Assembly: GCA_016206585.1 (NCBI GenBank)
Contig: JACQRE010000158.1
Span: 1 to 63,693 of the forward strand
Direction: 5' to 3'
Length of the DNA: 63,693 nucleotides
Origin: Candidatus Omnitrophota bacterium
Lineage (GTDB): Bacteria; Omnitrophota; Gorgyraeia; Aquiviventales; Aquiviventaceae
The first letter of the stretch is position 1; every line of letters starts with the position of its first letter. A program made the translations under genes and the position numbers. The notes under the pieces were generated by a model. It was not told where the DNA came from. It made no database searches and worked only from the letters and a program-made list of their open reading frames with translations. This document shows positions 55,006 to 63,693 of the stretch, piece by piece.

Positions 55006-55952
55006 ACATTCTCTTCGCCGGCAACAAATCTCGCGGAACGCTCTGCCTGCGCGCGCTCCACGAGCGGGAACACCGCATCGTCGGCGTCCTGGCGCACCCG
55101 GCACCCGGCGAGCCCGCCGCGGGCAGCGTGGCAGCGGCGGCGCGGGAGCTGAGCGTGCCGCTGTGGCAGCCCGAGGACGTCAACGCGCCGGCGATGCTGG
55201 CGTCGCTGCGCGCCCTGCGGCCCGACCTGATCGTGATGGTCGGCTACAGCCCGATCGTCGGGCGCGCGTTCTTGGAGCTGGCACCCCGCGGCGGCCTCAA
55301 CCTGCATGGGGGCAAGCTGCCGCAGTACCGCGGCTCCTCGCCGATGAACTGGGCGCTGATCAACGGCGAGCGGGAGTTCACGATCTCCGTCGTGCGCGCC
55401 GACACCGGCGTGGACACGGGCGAGGTGCTCAGCGAGCGGACGTTTCCCATCGGCCTCCACGACACAATCGCCGACGTGCAGCGCCTCGCCGATGACGCGT
55501 TCCCCGGCCTGTTGCTGGACGTCGTCGAGCGGCTGGCGCGCGGGCCGGTGCGCGGGCGCGCGCAGGATGGCTCGCAGGCGGGCTACTATCCGCTGCGGTT
55601 TCCCGAGGATGGACTGATCTTGTGGGATCTGTATACCGCGGAGCAGGCCCACAACCGCATCCGCGCATTGACCGATCCCTATCCCGGCGCCTTCACCTGG
55701 TGGAAGGGACGCCGGGTCAAGTTGCGGCGCTCCGCGTTGGCGAAGCAACGGCGCTACGGCGAGGCGGGACGGGTCTACCTCAACAGCGAGCGCGGCGTGC
55801 TCATCTGCGCCAAGGATCGGTGCCTCTGGATCGAGCAGGCGGTGGTGGAGGACACCGGCGAGCCGCTGCGAGAGGTAGTCGCCCGGTACGACCAGATGGC
55901 CACACTGCGCCAGCTGGCCGTGAGCGCGCTGAATGCCGGAGTGGCCCTATGA
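55002..55952 (+). CDS. formyltransferase (Fmt/ArnA N-terminal-domain-like)
   Basis: GLNLHGGKLPQYRGSSPMNWALING, VDTGEV. Confidence 0.85.
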   Translation: MNILFAGNKSRGTLCLRALHEREHRIVGVLAHPAPGEPAAGSVAAAARELSVPLWQPEDVNAPAMLASLRALRPDLIVMVGYSPIVGRAFLELAPRGGLNLHGGKLPQYRGSSPMNWALINGEREFTISVVRADTGVDTGEVLSERTFPIGLHDTIADVQRLADDAFPGLLLDVVERLARGPVRGRAQDGSQAGYYPLRFPEDGLILWDLYTAEQAHNRIRALTDPYPGAFTWWKGRRVKLRRSALAKQRRYGEAGRVYLNSERGVLICAKDRCLWIEQAVVEDTGEPLREVVARYDQMATLRQLAVSALNAGVAL

Positions 55953-56968
55953 AGATCGGCGCGCACGACACGGCGATCCGTCCGCTGATCGTGGCCGAGA
56001 TCGGCAACAACCATGAGGGCCGGTTCAAGGTCGCTCAGGAGCTGGTGCTGGCCGCCGCCTCGTGCGGGGCGGACGCGGTGAAGTTCCAGACGTTTCAGGC
56101 GGAACGGTTCGTGAGCCGCGCCGATGCGGCGCGGTTCCAGCGGTTGAAAGGCTTCGAGCTGGCCCCGGCGCAGTTCACGCAGCTCGCCGAGCTGGCCCGC
56201 TCACGGGGCCTGATTGTTCTGTCCACGCCATTGGATTTGGAGAGCGCGGCGTTCCTGGAGCCGCTGGTCGACGCGTTCAAGATCGCCTCCGGCGACAACA
56301 CCTTCTATCCGCTCATCGAGCGGGTGGTGCGCAGCGGCAAGCCGTTGATCGTGTCCACAGGGCTCAGCGATACCGAGCAGGTGCGGCGCACCGTGGAATT
56401 TATCCGGACGCGGCAGCGGACCCAGGGGTATTCGGCCGCGTGGGCGCTGCTGCACTGCGTGAGCAGCTATCCGGTGGAGCCGGCCCAGGCGAACCTGCGC
56501 TCGATCCCGTTCCTCGCCAAGACCTTCGGCGTGCCGGTGGGTTACTCCGACCATACGGTGGGCATCGAGGCCGCCGTGCTGGCGGCCGCCCTGGGGGCGG
56601 AGATCATCGAAAAGCACGTGACGCTTGACCACGACTACTCGAAGTTCCGCGACCACCAGCTCTCCGCGAATCCGGAGCAGTTGCAGCAGCTGGTGCGGCG
56701 TGTGCGCGAGGTCACCGCCATGCTCGGCCGGTTTGACAAGAGGGTCCAACCCTGCGAGCAATCCGCCACACGGCAGCTGCGCCGCTCGATCGCCGCCGCC
56801 GCGGACCTGCCGGTCGGCGCGCAGCTGCGATGGGAGGATCTCGTCTGGCTGCGTCCGGCCGCCGGCCTCGCCCCGGGCGAGGAAGGGCAGCTGGTCGGCA
56901 AAGTCCTCAAGCGGGCGGTGGGAAGCGGAGAGCTCATCGGCCTCTCGGACGTGGAGCCGACGCGCTGA
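55949..56968 (+). CDS. NeuB-family nonulosonic acid synthase with a C-terminal SAF domain
   Basis: VAEIGNNHEG, DAVKFQTF, FKIASGDNT, VSTGLS, LHCVSSYP, GYSDHT, then a SAF-like tail. Confidence 0.88.
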   Translation: MKIGAHDTAIRPLIVAEIGNNHEGRFKVAQELVLAAASCGADAVKFQTFQAERFVSRADAARFQRLKGFELAPAQFTQLAELARSRGLIVLSTPLDLESAAFLEPLVDAFKIASGDNTFYPLIERVVRSGKPLIVSTGLSDTEQVRRTVEFIRTRQRTQGYSAAWALLHCVSSYPVEPAQANLRSIPFLAKTFGVPVGYSDHTVGIEAAVLAAALGAEIIEKHVTLDHDYSKFRDHQLSANPEQLQQLVRRVREVTAMLGRFDKRVQPCEQSATRQLRRSIAAAADLPVGAQLRWEDLVWLRPAAGLAPGEEGQLVGKVLKRAVGSGELIGLSDVEPTR

Positions 56969-58800
56969 TGTGCGGCATCGCCGGCTACCTCGGATCCCGG
57001 ACGATCGACGAGGCGCATCTCACCGAGTGTCTTGCCCTCATGGGTCGCCGCGGCCCGGACTACGCCGCCGCGAAGTCCTGGGCGCTGCCGGGTGGCCGGT
57101 CGCTCACCCTCCTGCACACGCGGTTGAACATCATCGACCTGCACGATCGGGCCAACCAGCCGCTGCGCGTCGGATCGAAATGGATCGCCTACAACGGCGA
57201 GCTGTACAACTACGTGGAGCTGCGCGAGCAGCTGGCGGCGGAGGGCATCGAGTTCACCACGACGTCGGACACCGAGGTGCTGCTGCGGGCGATCGACCGC
57301 TGGGGCTGGGAGGCGCTGGACCGCTGCGAGGGGATGTGGGCGCTGGCGGTCTACGATGAGGCCGAGCGGTCGCTCACGGTCTGCCGGGACCGGTTCGGCG
57401 AAAAGCCGCTCTACGTGGTGCGGGATGGTGACGGGCTCTACTTCGGATCGGAGGTCAAGTTCCTCGTTGCGCTGCGGGGCCGGCCGCTGACCGTGAACGC
57501 CGCCCAGCTCCAGCGCTACCTCGTGAACGGCTACAAATCGCTCTACAAGTCCGGGCAGACGTTCTTCAACGAGCTGACTGAGCTGCCTCCGGCCACCCGC
57601 CTGTGCATCGACGCCGAGGGCCGGGAATCGAGCGAGGCCTACTGGGAGCTCCGGGCGCGCCCGGAGGCCGGCATGTCGTACGAGGAGGCGGTCGCCGGGG
57701 TCCGGGAGCGGCTGATCCGGTCGGTGGAGCTGCGGCTGCGCTCCGACGTGCCGCTGGCCTTCTGCCTGAGCGGCGGGGTGGACTCGAATGCGCTGATTGG
57801 CATTGCGCGGCGCGTCCTCGGTGCGGACGTCCGTGGGTTTACGATCCGCAACACCGACGCGCGCTACGACGAGGGGCCGCTGGTCGATCACGCGGTACGC
57901 GAGCTGGGGATCCGCCACACGTGGGTGCCGACCCAGACCGAGGAGTTCTTGCCAAGGCTGCAAGCGCTGGTCAACCACCATGATGCGCCGGTCTATACGA
58001 TCACCTATTACGCCCACTGGCTCCTGATGGAACAGATCGCATCCTACGGCTACCGGATCGCAATCAGCGGCACCGCAGCCGATGAGCTGTTCACCGGCTA
58101 CTACGACCACCATCTCGCCTACCTCTATGAGGTGCGCGGGGAGCCCGCACTGCATGCGGCGTCGCGCGAGGCCTGGCGGACGCACGTGCAGCCGGTCGTG
58201 CGCAACCCCTACCTGCGGGACCCGGACCTCTTTCTGCACGATCCGGCGTTCCGCCGGCACATCTTCCTGGATGCGGAGGGCTTTGCGCAGTATCTCGCAG
58301 CACCCCGGGCGGAGCCGTTCACCGAGACGGCGTTCTCGGACAGCCTGCTGCGCAACCGGATGCTCAACGAGCTCTTTGTCGAGAACGTCCCCGTCATCCT
58401 GCATGAGGATGACCTGAACGCGATGTCGTGCTCGATCGAAAACCGCTCACCGTATCTCGACCGAGCGCTCGTCGAGTTCGCCTACCGGATCCCCTCGCGG
58501 CACCTCGTGCGGGACGGCTTCGCGAAAGCGGTCCTGCGGGATGCGATGGAGGGCCTTGTGCCGGAGCCGATCCGACGGGCGCACCGGAAGGTCGGGTTTA
58601 ACGCGCCGATCCATGCCTTCCTGGACGTCCGCGATCCTCACGTGCGGCGCCACATCCTGAGCGAGAGCCCCATCTTCGAGTTCGTCAAGCGCGACCGCGT
58701 CGCCGCACTCATGGACAAGGCGGATCTGCCAAACAGCGAGAGCAAATTTCTGTTCTACGTCCTCAGCAGCAAGTACTTCCTGGAGCGGTTCGGCTCATGA
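56968..58800 (+). CDS. asparagine synthase family amidotransferase (second copy)
   Basis: MCGIAGYLG, GRRGPDY, CLSGGVDSN. Confidence 0.9.
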   Translation: MCGIAGYLGSRTIDEAHLTECLALMGRRGPDYAAAKSWALPGGRSLTLLHTRLNIIDLHDRANQPLRVGSKWIAYNGELYNYVELREQLAAEGIEFTTTSDTEVLLRAIDRWGWEALDRCEGMWALAVYDEAERSLTVCRDRFGEKPLYVVRDGDGLYFGSEVKFLVALRGRPLTVNAAQLQRYLVNGYKSLYKSGQTFFNELTELPPATRLCIDAEGRESSEAYWELRARPEAGMSYEEAVAGVRERLIRSVELRLRSDVPLAFCLSGGVDSNALIGIARRVLGADVRGFTIRNTDARYDEGPLVDHAVRELGIRHTWVPTQTEEFLPRLQALVNHHDAPVYTITYYAHWLLMEQIASYGYRIAISGTAADELFTGYYDHHLAYLYEVRGEPALHAASREAWRTHVQPVVRNPYLRDPDLFLHDPAFRRHIFLDAEGFAQYLAAPRAEPFTETAFSDSLLRNRMLNELFVENVPVILHEDDLNAMSCSIENRSPYLDRALVEFAYRIPSRHLVRDGFAKAVLRDAMEGLVPEPIRRAHRKVGFNAPIHAFLDVRDPHVRRHILSESPIFEFVKRDRVAALMDKADLPNSESKFLFYVLSSKYFLERFGS

Positions 58801-59798
58801 GCGCTCGGTCGATGTCCCCGATGCCATTGGAGGCGGGAATCGGCTCGCCACCGCTCCTCCGGCCCGTCGACGAGGAGGAGGCCGCCCGGCTGTCGCCCTG
58901 GCCGTTCCGATTGGCGGGCCGCGAGGCCTGGCAGCCGTCTGCAAAGCGCTCCGGCAGCGCCCGGGCGGAATACGACAGCGGCTGGTACGCGGATCTGCTG
59001 GATGCGTGGCAGCGGTTTCTGGAGGCCGCCCCTCCGGCGCCTCGGCATCCCGGGATGGCGTTCCGGTTCTTTGATGCGCTGCGGCGCGCCAACAACGCGG
59101 CGATGCAGCGCCACCCGGAGATCTACGGGGACGTGAGCCTGGACGCGTACCTGGTCAGCGCGGCGGATCAGCTCTACGCGGCGGACCTCAACGTGTTCGA
59201 GGCGTGGTGGCGGAACCTCCTCGTCGAGCGGGTCGCCTGGGCGCACGAGGCCGCGCCCTTCGGGACGCTGGCGGAGATCGGCTGCGGCAGCGGGGTGAAC
59301 CTCCTGACGATGTATTCCAGGCTGCCGGTGAATCGGATCGCCGGATGCGACATCTCCCCGAATGCCGTGGACGCGGTGCGGCGCATCGCGTCGGATCTGG
59401 CGATCCCTGCGGCGATGCGCGTGGGAGATTTCCTGCAGCCGGAGACGCTGCAAGCCCTCGTGCCTGCGTCAGGGTCCTGGGCGCTGCTGTCGGTGCACGC
59501 CCTGGAGCAGGTCGCCCGGCTGGGGATGGAATGGTTTGAGCGGGTGGTGGCACTCCAGCCGCCGCCGGCCATTGCCGTGCACTGTGAGCCAATCCAGTGG
59601 GGTGATGGTTCCCCCTTTGCGATGTCGTGCGCGCGGTACGCGGCCCTCAACGGCTACAACCAGGATCTCGCGGCGGCATCCCGCGCGGCCGAGTCCGCCG
59701 GGCTGATTCGGACCATCCGGACGGAGCGGCGCGTCCTGGGCCATTCGGCGTACAACCCCACATCGATCCTCATGTGGGTGCCAGCGAGGAGCGCGTGA
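58797..59798 (+). CDS. SAM methyltransferase-fold protein
   Basis: LAEIGCGSGVNLL, ATGA overlap. Confidence 0.65.
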   Translation: MSARSMSPMPLEAGIGSPPLLRPVDEEEAARLSPWPFRLAGREAWQPSAKRSGSARAEYDSGWYADLLDAWQRFLEAAPPAPRHPGMAFRFFDALRRANNAAMQRHPEIYGDVSLDAYLVSAADQLYAADLNVFEAWWRNLLVERVAWAHEAAPFGTLAEIGCGSGVNLLTMYSRLPVNRIAGCDISPNAVDAVRRIASDLAIPAAMRVGDFLQPETLQALVPASGSWALLSVHALEQVARLGMEWFERVVALQPPPAIAVHCEPIQWGDGSPFAMSCARYAALNGYNQDLAAASRAAESAGLIRTIRTERRVLGHSAYNPTSILMWVPARSA

Positions 59799-60949
59799 TG
59801 CGGTACTGCAGCCGGTGCATCGTGCCCGACACCCGGCCGGACGTTCGCTTCGATGCGCAGGACGTGTGCTCGGCGTGCCGCGCCCATGACGAAAAACAGC
59901 ACCAGGTGGACTGGAGCGCCCGCCGGCAGGCCTTCGAAGCGCTGGTGGATCGCGTCAAGCGGCTCAAGCGGCGCTACGACTGCCTGATCCCTGTCAGCGG
60001 CGGCAAGGATAGCACCTGGCAGGTGGTCACCTGCCTGCAGCACGGCTTGCATCCCCTGACGGTGACGTGGAAGCCGCCCGCCCAGACCGCGATCGGCGCC
60101 GCGAACCTCGAGAACCTCGTCAGCTTGGGCGTGGACCACCTGGCGTTCCAGATCAACCCGCAGGTGGAGAAAAAGTTCCTCTACCAATCGTTGGTCCGGT
60201 ACGGGGCGACCGCGATTCCCATGCACATGGCGATGTTCAACATCCCGCTGACTCTGGCGGCGGCGCTCGACATCCCGCTCCTGGTCTGGGGGGAGAACTC
60301 GGCCGACGAGTACGGCGGGGTCGGCGATGAGAGCCGAGGCCACCGGATGGACGGCCGCTGGCTGAAGCGCTACGGCGTCACCCATGGGACGACCGCCCGC
60401 GACTGGATCTCCAAGGAGCTGACCGAACAGGAGCTGGCCCCCTACTTCGGGCCGGGGGACGAGGCGTTGGCCCGCAAGGACATCCATGCGGTGTTCCTCG
60501 GCTACTACTTCAACTGGGATCCGGTGGCCACGTACGCGGTGGCCGCCGCCCACGGGTTCCGGGCGCGCCCCGAAGGGCCGAAGGTCGGCTATTACCCCTT
60601 TGCGGACATCGACGACGAGTTCATCTCGATCCACCACTACCTCAAGTGGTACAAGTTCGGCTTCACGCGGCTGTTTGACAACCTGTCGTTGGAGATCCGC
60701 AACGGCCGCATGGCCCGCGACGAGGCGATTGCGCTGGTCCGCGAGCGGGGTGTCGAGGTGCCGCACGAGGACATCGAGCGGTTCTGCGCCTTCACCGGCA
60801 TGCCGACCGGCCGGTTCTTCGAGATCATCGAGCGGTTCCGCAACCCGGCGGTCTGGACGCGCCGGGACGGCACCTGGAGGATCGAAGGGTTCCTGGTTCC
60901 GGACTGGAAGTGGGAAGAGGAGGTGTCCCGTGCAGCTCACACCCGTTGA
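59798..60949 (+). CDS. N-acetyl sugar amidotransferase (PP-loop, WbpG/PseA-like)
   Basis: MRYCSRCIVPDTRPDVRFD..VCSAC, IPVSGGKDST. Confidence 0.88.
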   Translation: MRYCSRCIVPDTRPDVRFDAQDVCSACRAHDEKQHQVDWSARRQAFEALVDRVKRLKRRYDCLIPVSGGKDSTWQVVTCLQHGLHPLTVTWKPPAQTAIGAANLENLVSLGVDHLAFQINPQVEKKFLYQSLVRYGATAIPMHMAMFNIPLTLAAALDIPLLVWGENSADEYGGVGDESRGHRMDGRWLKRYGVTHGTTARDWISKELTEQELAPYFGPGDEALARKDIHAVFLGYYFNWDPVATYAVAAAHGFRARPEGPKVGYYPFADIDDEFISIHHYLKWYKFGFTRLFDNLSLEIRNGRMARDEAIALVRERGVEVPHEDIERFCAFTGMPTGRFFEIIERFRNPAVWTRRDGTWRIEGFLVPDWKWEEEVSRAAHTR

Positions 60950-61316
60950 TCCGCCGCGCGTCTTCGACGTCGGCTGCCTCGTCAAGATCCAGCTGAAGGA
61001 CTGCGGCCGCGTGGCCCTCGAGGCGGATGAGCAGGTCACATTCGTGACGGAAACCGGCGGTGAATTTGATGTGGTCAGAAAGTCGTGGGGGTTCTACGCC
61101 ACCCCCTCGCTGAACCAGCGGCTGCCCCGGTTCGGTCTCCGGGCGGTGCTCGTGAAGAGCCCGGACGGCAAGTACTACGTCTGGCTCGTGGAGCGGGGCA
61201 AGGAGCCGGACTTCCAGCGGTACCTGGAGGCGGAGCGGCAGGCGGTCGTCTCGTGGCTGGATACCGACCAGGCCCTGGAGCGGCTCGCCAAACAGATGGA
61301 GCGCGCCCCGGCATGA
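60930..61316 (+). CDS. 128-aa hypothetical protein
   Basis: GTG start 7 nt after GGAAGAGGAGG. It overlaps the upstream gene by 20 nt. No motif recognised. Confidence 0.55.
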   Translation: MQLTPVDPPRVFDVGCLVKIQLKDCGRVALEADEQVTFVTETGGEFDVVRKSWGFYATPSLNQRLPRFGLRAVLVKSPDGKYYVWLVERGKEPDFQRYLEAERQAVVSWLDTDQALERLAKQMERAPA

Positions 61317-62155
61317 CGGTGGCTGCGGCCAAAGGGTTGGCGTGCGTGTGCGGCGGGGAGCCGTTCGCGCCGCTCTTTACCTATGCGTCCCCGCCGCCCG
61401 GCGAGCCGCGGTACGCCTTTGCCCTTGGCGCCTATCGCCGCGAGGTCTGGCGGTGCCAGCGGTGCGGCCATTGCCGCGCGGTGCACGACCTCGATGCCAG
61501 CGCGCTCTACTCCGGCGACTACGTCAACACCGCGTATGCGGGCGACGGGATCCTCCGGGCGTACGACCGGATCATGGCGCTGCCTCCGTCCCAGTCGGAT
61601 AACGCGGGGCGGGTCGCGCGCGTGGTGGCGTGGGCCGAACGGTTGCCGCTTCCACCCGGGCGCGCGCGCACGATCCTCGACGTCGGTTCCGGGCTGTGCG
61701 TGTTCCTGAGCCGGATGAAGGCTGCGGGCTGGGCGTGCACCGCGCTCGATCCGGATGCGCGCGCGGTGACGCACGCCCGCGAGGTGGTGGGGGTGGACGC
61801 CATCCAGGGGGCGTTCCTCGATGTGAGCGGCCTGGGCCGATTCGACCTCATCGCGTTCAACAAAGTGCTGGAGCACGTCCAGGAGCCTGCGGCGATGCTG
61901 ATCAAGGCGGCGAAGCATCTGGCGCCGCGCGGCGGCCTCTATGTCGAAGTGCCGGACGGCGAGATGGCCGCCCGCGCCGGCGCGCAGCGCGAGGAGTTCT
62001 TCATCGACCACTGGCACGTCTTTTCGGCCGCGTCGCTGACGCTGCTGGCCAGCCGGGCCGGCTATGCGATCCAAGCGCTCGAACGGCTGCAGGAGCCCAG
62101 CGGCAAGTACACGCTGCGGGCCCTGCTCGTATCCATCAGCGAGGAGGCGCGCTGA
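61313..62155 (+). CDS. class I SAM methyltransferase with an N-terminal Cys cluster
   Basis: CVCGG...CQRCGHC, ILDVGSGLCVF, FNKVLEHV. Confidence 0.85.
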   Translation: MTVAAAKGLACVCGGEPFAPLFTYASPPPGEPRYAFALGAYRREVWRCQRCGHCRAVHDLDASALYSGDYVNTAYAGDGILRAYDRIMALPPSQSDNAGRVARVVAWAERLPLPPGRARTILDVGSGLCVFLSRMKAAGWACTALDPDARAVTHAREVVGVDAIQGAFLDVSGLGRFDLIAFNKVLEHVQEPAAMLIKAAKHLAPRGGLYVEVPDGEMAARAGAQREEFFIDHWHVFSAASLTLLASRAGYAIQALERLQEPSGKYTLRALLVSISEEAR

Positions 62156-62910
62156 TGCCGGTTCAGCCCCAGGCGGCCTCGGCGCGGCAGCAATGGGAGG
62201 CCTCGTTCGCTGCCCAGATCGCGGAGGGCGCCTACAACACCGCACCGGTCGAGCCGGTGGTGCGGATGGTCGCCTACTACCTGCGGCACCATGTGGTGCG
62301 CGAGCGCATCAGCTCGCTGAAGTTCCTCGAGCTGGGCTGCGGCGCGGGTCCCACCCTCGTCTGGCTGGCCCAGAAGGGCATCGAGGTCAGCGGAGTGGAC
62401 ATCTCCCCCACGGCGCTGCAGCTGGCACGCCAGCAGCTTGAGCGCGCGGGGTGTGCTGCCCGCATCGGCACGCTGACGGAGTGCTCCGTGATCTCGGTGC
62501 CGCATGAGGACGGCGCGTTCGACGGGGTCATCGAATCGTGCGTTTTCCAGCATCTGCCGAAGGCGGAGCGCGCCGCGGCGTTCCGGGAGGCCGGCCGGCT
62601 GCTGCGGCCCGGCGGGCTGTTTGTCGGCTACCTGCTCGACGTCGGGCACACGATCTTCGCGGCGAAGCGCGCGGAGCAGCTTCCGGAGGATCCCGGCACG
62701 CTGATCCTGTCCGACCAGAAGAGCCGCGTCCAGCTGGAGAACCTCGGACTGTGCCACTTTTACCGCCGGGAGGAGCTGCCGCAGCTGCTCCGCGGCTTTT
62801 CGGCCGTCGATCCGTGCTTGACCACCTACGCGCTTCCGCGCGAAGAGGCGAAGCGGCGCGGCTACGACGAATATGTCCAGAGCATGTGGACGGTGTATGC
62901 CATCAAATGA
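62155..62910 (+). CDS. class I SAM methyltransferase
   Basis: FLELGCGAGPTLVWL, VIESCVFQHL, LRPGGLF. Confidence 0.85.
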   Translation: MPVQPQAASARQQWEASFAAQIAEGAYNTAPVEPVVRMVAYYLRHHVVRERISSLKFLELGCGAGPTLVWLAQKGIEVSGVDISPTALQLARQQLERAGCAARIGTLTECSVISVPHEDGAFDGVIESCVFQHLPKAERAAAFREAGRLLRPGGLFVGYLLDVGHTIFAAKRAEQLPEDPGTLILSDQKSRVQLENLGLCHFYRREELPQLLRGFSAVDPCLTTYALPREEAKRRGYDEYVQSMWTVYAIK

Positions 62911-62917
62911 TCACGGC

Positions 62918-63685
62918 ATGAGTGCCGGGACACGATCCTTCAAAGATTACGTGGACGATGCGGGCCACATGGCCCTGTACCGCGCGTACCAGCAGCGATA
63001 CGCGCGTTCCATCCGCGAGAGCGACCGCGTCCTGATCGAGATCATCCGCGCGCTGGTCGCGAAGCGCCCACGCCCGGGCCGGCCGCTGAGGCTGCTCGAT
63101 GTCGGGTGCTCGACCGGGAATTTGTTGGGGCATCTCAAGCAAGCGCTTCCAGGCCTTGCGCTGTCTGGAGCCGACATCGTCTCCGAGGTGATCGCGGAGT
63201 GCCGGGCCAATCCGGATCTGGCCGGCATCCAGTTCGATGAGATGAACGTGCTCAACCCGCCTGCGGCGGGGTCATCGTTTGACCTGGTGGTGACCAATGC
63301 CGCGCTCATGTTCTTTGACGATGACGAATTGGGCGTGGCCCTGCGCCATCTCGGCGCCCTGGCGGCTCCCGGCGGCTGGTTCGTGGCGTTCGACTATTTC
63401 CACCCCTTCGAGCAGCGCGTGGCGCTGACCGAAACCAGCCGGCTCCATCCTCACGGGCTCACGTTCCACCTGCGGCCGTATGGAGTGATGCAACGGTTGC
63501 TGGAGGAGGCGGGGTTTGAATCGCCAGCCTTCAGGCCGTTTCACCTGCCCATTGATCTGCCGCCACCCAGCGATCCCGGCCAGATCAGCAGCTATACCGT
63601 GAGCCAACAGGATGGCGGGCGACTCTGTTTCCGTGGGACGCTGTACCAGCCGTGGTGCCACCTGACCGCGCAACGCAGGCGCTGA
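62918..63685 (+). CDS. class I SAM methyltransferase
   Basis: LLDVGCSTGNLL, FDLVVTNAALMF, APGGWF. Confidence 0.82.
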   Translation: MSAGTRSFKDYVDDAGHMALYRAYQQRYARSIRESDRVLIEIIRALVAKRPRPGRPLRLLDVGCSTGNLLGHLKQALPGLALSGADIVSEVIAECRANPDLAGIQFDEMNVLNPPAAGSSFDLVVTNAALMFFDDDELGVALRHLGALAAPGGWFVAFDYFHPFEQRVALTETSRLHPHGLTFHLRPYGVMQRLLEEAGFESPAFRPFHLPIDLPPPSDPGQISSYTVSQQDGGRLCFRGTLYQPWCHLTAQRRR

Positions 63686-63693
63686 AGCGTCCA

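Overview
This is a high-GC window (by eye about 65-70% G+C). Every credible gene, about 57 CDS, lies on the + strand. It is one very large glycan biosynthesis island of the O-antigen / EPS / S-layer-glycan type. From left to right it holds: the dTDP-rhamnose genes (rfbA', rfbB, rfbD); a UDP-HexNAc-uronate module; UDP-xylose synthase; a SxtJ-like / carbamoyltransferase / mini-ORF triad; gmd; CDP-hexose genes (rfbF plus a dehydratase); about 10 Leloir glycosyltransferases; 3-6 polytopic GT-C-like membrane proteins; a flippase; an SGNH esterase; two AsnB-type amidotransferases; an RTX-repeat protein; two small regulators; and a nonulosonic-acid-like module (two NeuB homologues, two cytidylyltransferases, aminotransferase, oxidoreductase, formyltransferase, PP-loop sugar amidotransferase). 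At least 9 SAM methyltransferases are scattered through it. About 22 gene junctions are ATGA/GTGA or TGATG/TAATG stop-start overlaps. Four things are not ordinary. (1) Three copies of a ~135-nt element are flanked by ATGA direct repeats. They share conserved terminal inverted repeats (ATCCCACCACCTG / CAGGTGGTGGGAT) and a covarying three-hairpin interior. Each sits exactly between an upstream TGA and the downstream ATG. (2) A 390-aa, AT-rich LAGLIDADG intein interrupts the LFNHE/SPRRG motif of GDP-mannose 4,6-dehydratase, apparently with Thr as its first residue. (3) A modular set of AT-richer hairpin elements with 7-nt periodicity occupies about a dozen junctions. The motif families are CACCAAn, GCGACAA, CACAGAA, GCTTGCG and CGGAGTn. 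One miniature copy is inserted in frame inside rfbD. (4) A LexA-like protein has only the DNA-binding domain and sits behind an AT-rich promoter island. I found no tRNA, rRNA, CRISPR array or transposase. All functional calls come from reading the translated ORFs and none is checked against a database.
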